Shown here one piece after another: positions 52,232 to 64,000 of a stretch of DNA of 64,000 nucleotides (position 1 is its first letter; each line of letters starts with the position of its first letter). The notes below the pieces were generated by a model. That model was not told the origin of the DNA. It saw nothing but the letters and a program-made list of their open reading frames with translations, and did no database searches. This stretch comes from Octopus bimaculoides. Lineage: Eukaryota. The DNA lies in contig NC_068988.1 in NCBI RefSeq assembly GCF_001194135.2, positions 85,542,436 through 85,606,435 of the forward strand. The letters are read 5' to 3'. The position numbers were made by a program, and so were the translations under genes.

Positions 52232-52269
<38 letters not shown>

Positions 52270-52444
52270 CACACGCGCACGCACACACACCTACATATGT
52301 ATAAATATGTAGGGGAGAGAAAGAGAGAGAGAGGGAGAGAGAGGGAGAGAGATCATTGGCTGTTTATGTCAGTTATTTATAAGAGAATGTCTTTGCTATC
52401 TATATCTGCAAAGCATTGTTCAACACTGTTTACCTCTCTCCTAG

Positions 52445-52617
52445 ATACAGCTGTTTATCTTCATTACTTAAAAGTTATCATAGTTCCTACATTAGTTACG
52501 TTAGCACACATAACTGCACTATTTATATATGCGGTAGGATCTAAATTCACCGCTCTGCATCCTAACAAGCAACTCATCATTAGTTGTGTGCTGCCGCCAC
52601 TGATACCCCGTGAAGAG
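52445..52617 (+). CDS. Candidate internal exon (unverified)
   Basis: TTTACCTCTCTCCTAG| acceptor and GAAGAG|GTGAGT donor; one open frame of 57 codons with a hydrophobic first half; no recognisable homology. Confidence 0.25.
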
Positions 52618-52689
52618 GTGAGTAGCACCATAGTACCTGTTTATTGCTTGGATCACCGAGCCAGTAAAAATGATGAATTATTTTGACCA

Positions 52690-52880
52690 CGGCTATAAGT
52701 GGATAAGGTATTATTTGCCCGCCAGTTTTCAATTCGTAATGTTCTGAGCTCGAACCACGCCGAAGTCAAATTTACTTTTCATCCTTTTGTGATCAAGAAA
52801 ATAAAGTACCAGTCACGTACCGAAGCTAATGATATGGACTCTTTCACCTTAAAATTTCTAGCCTTGTACCTAAAACACAA
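52690..52880 (+). mobile_element. SINE family A, degenerate
   Basis: GTTCTGAGCTCGAACCACGCCGAAGTC...TTTTCATCC...AAAGTACCAGTC...GCCTTGTACC. Confidence 0.75.
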
Positions 52881-52904
52881 GACATTACATGCCTACGACT
52901 TGCA

Positions 52905-53420
52905 AAGGTGCGTGGCGCAGTTGTTACTGTGTTCGGCTCACAAATCATCCAGCCGTGGGTTCAATTCCTGGGCCGGGTGGCTTGTTGTGTTCTTGAACAA
53001 TGCACTTCATTTCACGTTATTCTAGTGTGCTCAGCTGACTGCTATTATACTTCTCTCTCGCTCTCACTCCTCTCTGTCTTTCCAAACATCACATTCTAAA
53101 CGTTTCACAAGGTCAGAATGTGCGATGGCTGTGAAGGTGTTTATGTCTGCTCATAACAACGTACTTATCCAAAACATCTAACGAAAGTATTGTACATATG
53201 GAGGTGCGCGGCTTAGTGGTTAGAGTGTTGGACTCATGACTGTAAGATTGCGGTTTCAATTACTGGACCGAACGGTGCTTTGTGTTCTTGAGCAAAACAC
53301 TTCATTTTCACGTTGCACCAGTCCACTCAGTTGACAAAAACTAGCGTCCTGTCCAGGTGGTGATGGGGAATATATACCCCACAGAAACTGGAAAACCGGC
53401 CCTGAGTCTATATGACTGAA
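52905..53420 (+). mobile_element. Two SINE family D copies (52905-53040 and 53200-53420)
   Basis: TGGAGGTGCGCGGCTTAGTGGTTAGAGTGTTGGACTC...GTGTTCTTGAGCAAAACACTTCATTT...GCGTCCTGTCCAGG; the central block resembles conserved V/Meta-type SINE domains (not verified). Confidence 0.85.
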
Positions 53421-53994
53421 AAAGATCCTTGTCCTTTTCTTCTTATTGTACATGTTACCAAGCCATACTCGCTCCTGAGTGACGGCTGTCGTACTGCCTA
53501 CCAACTGAGAGAACTTGAGGACAAATCCACTGCAAGTATTTCGTTTTGTAATTCAGAACATTTCCTTCTGCATCTTACAGTGCCTCTGTTCAACTATTTG
53601 TTTGGAACTGGTCCCGGATCTGATGAGAGAACATTAGATAAGACAGGCAGAGATGCTGTTTGTTGTTTGTCTGTACCCTCAAAACATTGATCGAATAGGT
53701 CTATGATGAAAGGTAGTCCAAGAGTGACCATCCTGTCGTTTGAGGGAATTGAAGATGTGCTTTCCTTATTTAATTGGTTACAGGTCGTTTATTGAATTTT
53801 GGCTGCTATTTTAGCAGTTTGCCTCGTTGCCTTGAGATAGGGAGGCAGTTCAATTGTGACCATCTTAAACATTTTTATGCGTCCCAAGGATCACACTTAC
53901 CACTGTGTCCTTTTTTAATGGAGATGATGGAGTATGAATTGAAATCTGACTATTGTTTCTAACATCGGTGAGTTATTGTATCAATCAGCTGTAG

Positions 53995-54340
53995 TGGAGC
54001 CTATAGCATTGCGATATTGTAGCTGCCTAATGTGTTGGTGGTGTATTGTAGGGGCCTATTGTGTTGGGGGAAGTATAGTTGGAGCCTATAGTACTTAGCT
54101 ACTATAGGTACTTAATGTGTTGGTGATGTATAGTAGGAACCTATACTGTTTATAGTGTACTATAGGCGCCTATTGTGTTGGGGAAGTATAGTTGGAGCCT
54201 ATAGTACTTAGCTACTATAGGTGCTTAATGTGTTGGTGATGTATAGTAGGAACCTATACTGTTTGTAGTGTACTATAGGTGCCTATTGTGTTGGGGGAAG
54301 TATAATTGGAGCCTATACAGTCAGTGGTATATTATAGGTG
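53995..54340. repeat. Minisatellite, 113-114-bp period, about 3 copies
   Basis: CCTATTGTGTTGGGG starts at 54055, 54169 and 54282. Confidence 0.93.
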
Positions 54341-54587
54341 TTGTTGTTTAGCCATAAATAAGCGCTGACCGAGCAGAGGTATAATGAAAAATATTCTAAT
54401 CGTGACCATTACGCATTTTTCGTACGCAAAGAAGATTTGGCTGTTATTTGTAGCAGGTTCCCCTCTCTTCCCTCCCCTCCCTGTTGACTCGTTATTGTAG
54501 AAGTTGGTAGTGTCGGTAACATATATATATGTATATATNNNNNNNNNNNNNNNNNNNNNNNNNNNNNNNNNNNNNNNNNNNNNNNNN

Positions 54588-54621
<34 letters not shown>

Positions 54622-55237
54622 GTGTGTGTGTGTGTGTGCTTGTGTGTGTGTACTACACACGCACACATACATATGTAATTATAAAAGGTATGTGAGGAGT
54701 TTACACCTATGTCTATATAGAACCACAATTAATACGATGTGTTAGTAAAGGTGTTACGTGTTTGCTTTAGAAATATCAGTTACAAATCCACAGCAAAATA
54801 CTAATTATACCATGGCAATTTGTGAAAACAGCCATGTGAAACTGTATACGGTCTATAGAAACGGTTACTCGAGAAAGCAACAGCCAACCCCAGAACATCC
54901 TGCTGAGGATGTGAATATTATATTTATCGTTATTTATATTATGTTATATTTATATCTAAATTATATTATACTATATTATATTATAATATTATTATATTAT
55001 TTTTATATACACACTCACACAGATTTTACGTTCGTGTTGTCGTTAAGGGCTGGCGAACGCGTACATAAACCCGCACACATAGATATGATCTGTGCGTGTA
55101 TCACACACTCCTGTACAGTCAATGTGCTTATGTAAAAGCTTACAAACGTCTGTTTGTGTGTGCATATGTGTGTGTGTGTGTGCGTGCGCGTGCGTATGCA
55201 TATATTAATATATATGTGGCAGACGGAATATACTCAC

Positions 55238-55338
55238 CACGCCTAAAGTTTTGGGCAACCATCGTTGTGTAGCCGCAACATATCCAATGTGGAGTTGAAA
55301 GGTGCTAGTGATAAAACTGAAGGCGTGGCTGGGTACAC
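55238..55338 (-). CDS. Candidate internal exon (unverified)
   Basis: TGTTTTAACCAG| acceptor and GTG|GTGAGT donor; single open frame VPSHAFSFITSTFQLHIGYVAATQRWLPKTLGV. Confidence 0.25.
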
Positions 55339-55538
55339 CTGGTTAAAACATAATATATATACCGACAGAATATACACAATTCGGTGATCTTTCGTTTTAT
55401 GTACGTATAACTGGTGGATTGATAATGAAAGCAAACCGATCTTTGAAAGAGCAAAAACAAGCTTGAGTATCCCGAGTAAATGCTAGCTTTCTTTATCAAC
55501 CCCACCACAGTTAAATATAACTTAAAACCAAAGATCGC

Positions 55539-55578
<40 letters not shown>

Positions 55579-56284
55579 GCACACACACGTACACAGCAAC
55601 GCACATATACACAACATACACATACACACAAACACACACGCACGCACAAAAACATACACNNNNNNNNNNNNNNNNNNNNNNNNNNNNNNNNNNNNNNNNN
55701 NNNNNNNNNNNNNNNNNNNNNNNNNNNNNNNNNNNNNNNNNNNNNNNNNNNNNNNNNNNNNNNNNNNNNNNNNNNNNNNNNNNNNNNNNNNNNNNNNNNN
55801 NNNNNNNNNNNNNNNNNNNNNNNNNNNNNNNNNNNNNNNNNNNNNNNNNNNNNNNNNNNNNNNNNNNNNNNNNNNNNNNNNNNNNNNNNNNNNNNNNNNN
55901 NNNNNNNNNNNNNNNNNNNNNNNNNNNNNNNNNNNNNNNNNNNNNNNNNNNNNNNNNNNNNNNNNNNNNNNNNNNNNNNNNNNNNNNNNNNNNNNNNNNN
56001 NNNNNNNNNNNNNNNNNNNNNNNNNNNNNNNNNNNNNNNNNNNNNNNNNNNNNNNNNNNNNNNNNNNNNNNNNNNNNNNNNNNNNNNNNNNNNNNNNNNN
56101 NNNNNNNNNNNNNNNNNNNNNNNNNNNNNNNNNNNNNNNNNNNNNNNNNNNNNNNNNNNNNNNNNNNNNNNNNNNNNNNNNNNNNNNNNNNNNNNNNNNN
56201 NNNNNNNNNNNNNNNNNNNNNNNNNNNNNNNNNNNNNNNNNNNNNNNNNNNNNNNNNNTCTTATATATATATATATATATCCTT

Positions 56285-56895
56285 CTTTTACCTTTCCTTT
56301 ACTTGTCTCATTTATTAGACTATGGCCATGCTGGGGTAGCGCCTTGAATTTTTAGTCGAGTGACTTGTACTTCTTTTGTAAGACTGGTACTTATTCTATC
56401 GACCTATTTTGCCGAACAGCTAAGTTTCGGGGACGCAAACACACCAACACCGGTTGTCAAACGGTGGTGGTAGAGACAAACACAAATACACACACATACA
56501 TACATACATACATACACTCTTTTCATTTGTCTCAGTCATTTGACTGCGGCCATGCTGGAGCACCGCCTTTAGTCGAGAAAATCGAGCCCAGGACTTACTC
56601 TTTGTAAGCCTAGTACTTATTCCATCGGTCACTTTTTGCCGAACCGCTAATGTTACGGGGACGTAAACACACCAGCATCTGTTGTCAAGCGATGGTGGGG
56701 GAACAAACACAGACACACAAACACACATATATATACATATACATGTATACGACGGGTGTCTTTCTGTTTCCGTCTACCAAATCCACTCACAAGGCTTTGG
56801 TCGGCCCGAGGCACTTGCCCGAAGTGCTAGGCAGTGGGACTGAACCCCGAACCATGTGGTTGGTAAGCAAGCTACTTACCACACAGTCACTCCTG
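56285..56895 (-). mobile_element. Two tandem SINE family B copies
   Basis: GGCCATGCTGGGG/GGAGCACCGCC tails near 56325 and 56550; head GCAGTGGGACTGAACCCC...CTTACCACACAGTCACTCCTGCG ends at ~56897. Confidence 0.88.
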
Positions 56896-57099
56896 CGGGA
56901 GAGAGAGAGGAGGAGGAGAGAGAGAGAGAGAAAGAGAGAGAGACACACACACATACATATATATTTTACATAGACGCATAAACATATGCACACGCAAGCA
57001 CCCCCCCACACACACACAGGTGCCACGCGCTTGCGCATATTGCTTCAAAATCTTTTAGGACATTTAGCAATTAAAATGAGGAATCTGTAATAATTCTAA

Positions 57100-57225
57100 A
57101 TTTTGGTACATGGCCAGTAATTTTGAGTGGATGTGTAAGACGACTACATCGACCACTGTGCTCAGATGATACTTATTTTATCGACCATAAAAGGATGAAA
57201 GGTAAAGTCAACCTCGGCGATAATT
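57100..57225 (-). mobile_element. SINE family A, 3' half
   Basis: GGTACATGGCCAGTAATTT...TTTTATCGACCATAAAAGGATGAAAGGTAAAGTCAACCTCGGCG. Confidence 0.82.
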
Positions 57226-57359
57226 TAATAAATGACTTTTAAGCATTGTCGTTTCGCTTACTCGCGATCCCCAAGTCTATTTTTGTAATTTCCTGGTTTC
57301 TTTTGATTTCATTATCAATTCTAGTTATGTGTACCGAAACGAAACATTGACACAATTCC

Positions 57360-57495
57360 ACGGGCTGCTTCCAGTTTCCGTCAACCAAATTCACTCAAAA
57401 GAAGACACCTGCCCAAGGTGCCACACAGTGAGACTGAACCCGTAGCTATGCGGTTGGAAAACAAAGTTCTCACCACACAGCGACGTCAGTGCCTA
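57360..57495 (-). mobile_element. SINE family B head
   Basis: CCTGCCCAAGGTGCCACACAGTGAGACTGAACCC (CORE-like CCTTGGGCAGG on the minus strand). Confidence 0.75.
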
Positions 57496-57589
57496 TGTGT
57501 TAATTTATATATAAACACACATATATAAACATGTATATGCGAGTATGTATTATGTGTGTATATATACATACATACATACATATATAACG

Positions 57590-57875
57590 TAAAGACCACT
57601 GTCGGTCACAAATGACCATCGGATTGCACTAGAACGTTCCCCTCCGTGGCACAAATCCAGGCAAGGCTGTTTGTGCAACACCAACAGTCATCTATGCATA
57701 CCTATTCACGCCACCGTTGTTGTCCAAGGGAAAGACCAAAGGGCGATACAGTTTGGCACCAGTGATGTCGCAACTCATTTCTACAGCTGAGTGAACACAG
57801 CTCGGTCCGGGAATCGAACTCACAACCTCACGATTGTAAACCCAATGCTCTAACTCCTGACCCATGCGACTTCAT
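57590..57875 (-). mobile_element. tRNA-headed SINE with another body type
   Basis: CCGGGAATCGAACTCACAACCTCACGATTG...CTCTAACTCCTGACCCATGCG head; distinct body. Confidence 0.7.
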
Positions 57876-59177
57876 ACACAAACACACGATTTAGTCTATA
57901 TATAATGGTATCACGTATGTGTGGATGCAATTAAGCGAAAAATGATTCATTATTCAACATGGTGAAGTAAAGTGGAATAACCTTTATCTAAAGCTGCGTA
58001 TGAGCGATCAGCTATTCAAGTTTCACGTTCCCGCTTCATCAGGTGAAGCCGGACGTAAAAATTCAGTAGCGACTCGCTCATGCTTTGGAAAAAATTTATA
58101 TATCCATCTGTTCACATGTATGTATGTGTATGTATGTATGTGTATGTATGTCTGTGTGCGCGTGTGTTTGGTTGTGTGAGTATTAATATCGAACAGTGCA
58201 AATAAGTGCTCAACACTTCGTTGGTGGATAAATATACTTTGTTCGTGGCGTTCGTCTCCATCTTGGTTAAAAACAAGATGGAGACGATCACCAACGTCCT
58301 GTCTGGCAGACTTGAATATTTGTTGAGAGATATCTCGCTCAGCATGAAACCAATGATAGTCTGGTTATTTCACCATTAAAGTATGTGTATATTTGTGTGT
58401 GTGCGTGTGTGTATGTGTGTGTGTATGCGTGTGTATTATATCTATATATATATATACATATACACACACATATATAAATATATATAAATATATATGTATA
58501 TATTCCTGTTTTGACACCACATTTCCTGCTTAACACAAACTTTTAACCCTATTTTTTAAACCTAACAAAACTCTCAACTCTCATGCATCCTTATTTTTCC
58601 TACCAGTTTATACATGAACTACTATTGAACTACAAAAGCTCAAAGACAATATAATGTATGGGTATATTTATTTTTTTTTTATATATTATTGTTTTATATA
58701 TTATTTTCTTCATTTTGTACTTCTTTGTAAAAAAACATTTTCATTCTCCTTCTTCTTGATAATTTGCTTTTCGCAATGAAAACCGGTTAGAAGAATTTTT
58801 TATTAAAATATGCTTCCAGTTTAGCATTCTGGCTTTTTTTCATTTTCCTATTATTTCTCCACGTGCGGTTAACACAACCCCACTATTTACTNNNNNNNNN
58901 NNNNNNNNNNNNNNNNNNNNNNNNNNNNNNNNNNNNNNNNNNNNNNNNNNNNNNNNNNNNNNNNNNNNNNNNNNNNNNNNNNNNNNNNNNNNNNNNNNNN
59001 NNNNNNNNNNNNNNNNNNNNNNNNNNNNNNNNNNNNNNNNNNNNNNNNNNNNNNNNNNNNNNNNNNNNNNNNNNNNNNNNNNNNNNNNNNNNNNNNNNNN
59101 NNNNNNNNNNNNNNNNNNNNNNNNNNNNNNNNNNNNNNNNNNNNNNNNNNNNNNNNNNNNNNNNNNNNNNNNNNNNN

Positions 59178-59228
<51 letters not shown>

Positions 59229-59384
59229 TGTGTGTGTGTGTGTGTGTGTGTGAACCCAGCAAATTACTTTCTGTCATATCAGAAAATTTTGCCTTAATAC
59301 TAAGTAAAACTTTCATGAATGAAGAACAGCCAAATCTGTCTTCACATGTGTGGTCGGTGAATCAATACGTTAATGTTTTCAGTA

Positions 59385-59660
59385 CTACTGACTATTATAA
59401 CCAGCAATGTCTGAAATAGATACTACTATTTAACTATGTGTGTGAATGAATATCTCGCCATATCTAATCAATATTCGAATCGTTTGTGGTACTAACTATT
59501 ATTATAACCAGCAATGTCTGAAAGATGTGGTGCTGCTGTTATGTCTATGTGTGTGTAAAAGTATTTCTCCCTGTATGTGGTCGATATTTGAATATACTTT
59601 TGTTTTTGTTTTGTTTTTTTACTACTAACTATTGCTGCCGACTAGTGTCTGAAAGATGCT
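59385..59660. repeat. Degenerate tandem repeat, ~115-125-bp unit x3
   Basis: TACT(G/A)ACTATT(A/G)...ATGTCTGAAA recurs near 59385, 59490 and 59625. Confidence 0.7.
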
Positions 59661-60863
59661 GTATTGGTAGCCTAACTAGATTAATACGAATGTATTTTTC
59701 ACAGCATGATTGATCGACCTGCAAGAATTAGAAGCCAACTCTCCTTCAAATCACAACCTATTGACTTTGAAAAACGTTCATATTAAATTATTACTGCATG
59801 TTTACAATTCGAGTTCTTTTCGAGTCTAGATCTGCTTAATTAGAGCCAAGCTTTTGTTAAGCAACAAAGGTGTCATAATCATTAGTACCGGAAATAAATT
59901 GTGATTAGTTTGTAAATATGTGTGCGATATAAGTGTAGTTTTGTTGCATTTTGTTTTTATATAATGCATATTATACTTAGAATAAATAAAAGAAAAAAAA
60001 CGGCCACATCCATTTGCTTAATAGCCAAAGACTTTGATAAGGCATACATATACAAGTAGACACCAGCGAATTTGTTTCCTCATAACTTTCAGAAATATTA
60101 GTACTTTTTAATGAGTTTTTCGACAAATGTCTTTCAGATGGTGTAAACTCTGATTATCGCAAAATTTAATGTGAAAAAGAAAAAAAAAAATGAAGGGGGC
60201 TCACACATACATACTGACAAACAGTACTTCTTTGCAGATATTTATGTAATGTGTCAGTATATGTGTGTGCGTCCACTAACTTTTTTTCACATTAAGTTTC
60301 GATATAATCGTAATCTACACCATCTGAAAGGTAGTCGTAGAAAATTTTCATTGAAAGATACCGATGTTTCCGAAAGTTATGAGGAAGCAAGATAGGGGCG
60401 GGTGCACTTGTATATATATATGCCGTTTGATAAAAAGGTAACGTGAAAAAATTTAAAAAAACATAATAAAACGGGGAAAATATTCTTGATTACAAGATAT
60501 TCAAAGATAGTGATATGAGGTGTGTGTTTGTATGGCGCGGAGGTAACTTCTCCAATTACAGGCCGCCATAAATTGGTAAGCTTAATGGAATCTATGTTCA
60601 GCGACTGTAGGCTGTTTGGTGAAGAATAGTAAACGGTGAGAGATTTCTGGATGGATGTAGTTTGGAGAAGAAAAGTGCTGGATGAAGTATTTAGAAAAGG
60701 TAAGACACTATAGAAATGGTAGAAGGACAAAGTCAGAAGACAAGTAACTACACGCACACATGCATGCATCCACGCACACACACGCACACAGCACACACAC
60801 ACATACATTTATATAGACATACACATATACATACATACATTTTATATATATATATATTCTCCT

Positions 60864-60907
<44 letters not shown>

Positions 60908-61155
60908 TATATTATATACACGCACACACGGCTAAGTGAAATAACGAACCTCTTAGATACTCGACATGTGACAGAAAATGTCAGGTGTGTCATAATTCTA
61001 GGGAAAACATTATAGACATCATTAATAGTATGAGCCACATTTCATCAGTATCCCACTTTCCAATGTGGCATTACTAAAGCAGTACAGAACGCCATCTTTA
61101 GGATGCACTCTTCTGAGTCAACTATGAAAATAATCATACTACCTGGGTATACTTA

Positions 61156-61361
61156 CCGTATTTTCGGGCATACAATTCGACATAGTATATAGTGTAATCA
61201 TGCAGTGTAAACATTCAAACGTAGTCACTATCTTTCCAAATCCTACTGCATTTCACGAGGAACTTTTGGCCTCTGAAGTCTTCTTGGTGCATGAGTCGAC
61301 CTATCTTTTCTGGGAGTAAATTCTTATCTGAATGATTCGATTTGTATGCCGGAAAATACCG
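61156..61361. mobile_element. pogo/Tc1-type MITE
   Basis: TA|CCGTATTTTCGGGCATACAATTCGA versus TCGATTTGTATGCCGGAAAATACCG|TG (~25-bp TIR, 3 mismatches). Confidence 0.7.
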
Positions 61362-62111
61362 TGCCCATCCACGGCGACAGAAGCAATAATAATCGCACTA
61401 AAATCTCCACCAAATGCAAACACAAGTGTATAGTCTGAACGGTAGAAAGAGAAAAACAAGCACAGATTGTTATATTGCATCTCATATGCATATCTGTGTT
61501 TGCTGTATGGTTTCAGTTCCACGGAGACATAGAATAGGCACAACATAGTTATGGGATAGGCCGAGACATCAAGTCGAGACGTCAAATCAAGACGTCAGAT
61601 CAACTACACGTTAAAAACTAGATTAATACATCCAACAATACCACCTGGGACAGCAAACAAAAATGAATATGAATTATTCTGCTAGATCAACATTTTAATG
61701 TATCTGAAGAACCTACCGAAAGTCAGGGAAGAACTGGGGTTAAATTTACAGTTATTTGGGAGTTTGAATTTTCTATAAATATATTTTATATATCCAAATT
61801 TCATCTTGTAATCATTGTTAGATTTGGTTGATGTCGCTAAAGTTTACGTAAACAGTCTTTAAATTTAGAAGTTTTCATTTAAAAAAAAAAACATTTTCTA
61901 AGAAGTGTTCTCCAAATTTAATCTATACGCACCATAATAATATTGTGTAAGATTCATTTATATATTTAGCATCTAGCGGTACACATATGTTGATGTGTAA
62001 ATACCAACAATAGATGCTACTTCTCAGCTAGGAATCTACTCCTTCTTTATGTGAGAAATATAAAGAATATACAATCACCCCACCTACACACGCACACATA
62101 TACACATATAA

Positions 62112-62145
<34 letters not shown>

Positions 62146-63218
62146 TTTCATGTGTGTTCCTAAGGTTAGTTACATCAAGAAGCAGAGTATGTTAACATAT
62201 TTCATTTGGTGACTAGATTACAGAGTTAATTATACTCACTAATTGGGAACACGTTCAGTTAGAACCGAAACAGAAATAAATACATTCCTTAAACTAGTCA
62301 CTAGGTAATATATATACATACATATATAGATTAGTTACAGGATTCGTTAGAACTAGGCACATCAACACGTAGAACGCCAAGGCTGGCTAGGTACCATATA
62401 TACACACACGATCATACAAGCATACATATGTACACACACACACATACATATATACATACGTACATACATGCTTACATACATATATATATACATTCTCCTC
62501 CGCATTACAAATTTAATTTGTTTCCGCGGGAAGAGCCATTCTAACAATGCGTCCTGCCCTAACTCTTCTAGTTTTAGAATAGTGGCAGCTGATGAAGGAA
62601 ATGTTCTCTATGTGGCCTGTGTGTTTTCTGTACTCTGTTTATGTTCTGTTTTTCATTTTGTCCACGTTTTTTTGTGACGTCCTGTACCCAGATATGCATC
62701 TATATATACATGTAGATATATACATGTACGTATATATGCATATACTCACATATTATTTGTATTATATATATATATATTTATATGCATATTAATAAATTTC
62801 AGGGTAGCAAAAAAATTTAGAAATTCTTTTTGCTACCAGTGGTCTAGCGAGAAGAAAAACTAGTCAATAGACTATATATTATTCATATAGATACATACTG
62901 TGTACATTTAAACACATAAGAGATGTCCATAATAGGACATCTAACTCGCTGGAAGAAAATCGGCATTTCTTGTATTTGCTGCCGATAAGAAAACCGCACT
63001 TGCACGGTAGATATGAAAAATTATAACATATAAGCACGAGGCATGTTCTCTGTATTGCCTCGTGTTTATATTTTAACCTTGGCTTTCCTGCTGATGATAG
63101 CTGGTCTATCAAATTATTTTATTTTGCTGAAAATAGCTTGAAACCATGGTACAGGAAATAGATGGTAAATGTTTTTATTTTTCATTCCCTTTCGAAATTA
63201 TCCCTAATNNNNNNNNNN

Positions 63219-63255
<37 letters not shown>

Positions 63256-63955
63256 CATATATATACTGTTTGGTACCCATATACAAACGGTTCTCTAAAC
63301 GAACAAATCAATAACGAACAAATCAATAACGAACAAATTTGTCGAAAGAAATTCAACTTGCGTAAGTGGCTGAAATTTGATCAACAAACCACGAATAGAC
63401 TACGCGACAGTTTGAGTTACTGGGAGCTCTTTCGCTTAGCGAGCTGAATTTTAAACAACAAATCTCAGTTAGACTATACACTCATAAAGAAGATTAAATT
63501 TGGTCAACGAGCTGAAATTTGCACAATAAGCCAGGTGTACACTACGGACGCATATAAGTGGTTGAGAGTGGATGCACAAAGTGTTCTTTAACACCCATGT
63601 ACACATTTCAAGAAAGTTGTCAATTTTCATATTTTATATAGAAATTAATATTTCTCATAGTTTTTGGATAAGAACGTAACTATAGATCGCCAGAAACCAG
63701 ACACACACACATACAAAGTTACCCACATGCATTTTCTCTTTTCATATCTCCTTTCCTTTCTTCTCATTCCTGGAATTTCTTCTTGTATCCGACGAAGGAC
63801 TATATCCGAAATGTCATACTTTCACTCTATAACATTTACTCCATAATTCTTTTCATTCTTTGAGCCTAATAACATTAAAAGTGAAAGTCTCATGGACTTT
63901 TGTTCCTTTTTGCGTTCTATCTCGCTTGTTTTTTTTTTTTGTAATTGACTTCTTC

Positions 63956-64000
<45 letters not shown>

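Noticed and set aside
62585-62625. CTGATGAAGG motif
   Set aside because: No stem II closed by GAAA follows.
62985-63020. YLPCKCGFLIG resembling a GIY-YIG first motif
   Set aside because: The spacing is off and no further PLE motifs are nearby.

Overview
Eukaryotic, AT-rich, repeat-saturated draft sequence with many N gaps; no prokaryotic genes, CRISPR arrays or rRNA. The microsatellite load and the tRNA-derived SINE families look like an octopod cephalopod genome (inference from pattern recognition; no search run). No complete protein-coding gene is supportable. Nearly all long ORFs in the track are microsatellite or N-gap artefacts. The recognisable coding remnants are transposon-derived: two Penelope-like elements (RT plus GIY-YIG) and an inverted GIY-YIG fragment, two L1/Tx1 3' ends, an R4/Dong 3' end in (TAA)n, L2/CR1-group and RTE fragments, two maT-type (DD37D) mariner fragments, and several MITEs. 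At least three tRNA-headed SINE families (my labels A, B, D, plus one unassigned copy) are present in dozens of copies, including a head-to-tail array. Most interesting: hammerhead-ribozyme-like cores in inverted orientation at both ends of a Penelope element, a SINE tail shared with the local Tx1 LINE 3' ends, a 120-bp-arm hairpin built from that tail, and other foldback structures. A few isolated exon candidates suggest the window may be intronic. Degenerate repeat boundaries are approximate (about +/-20 bp).
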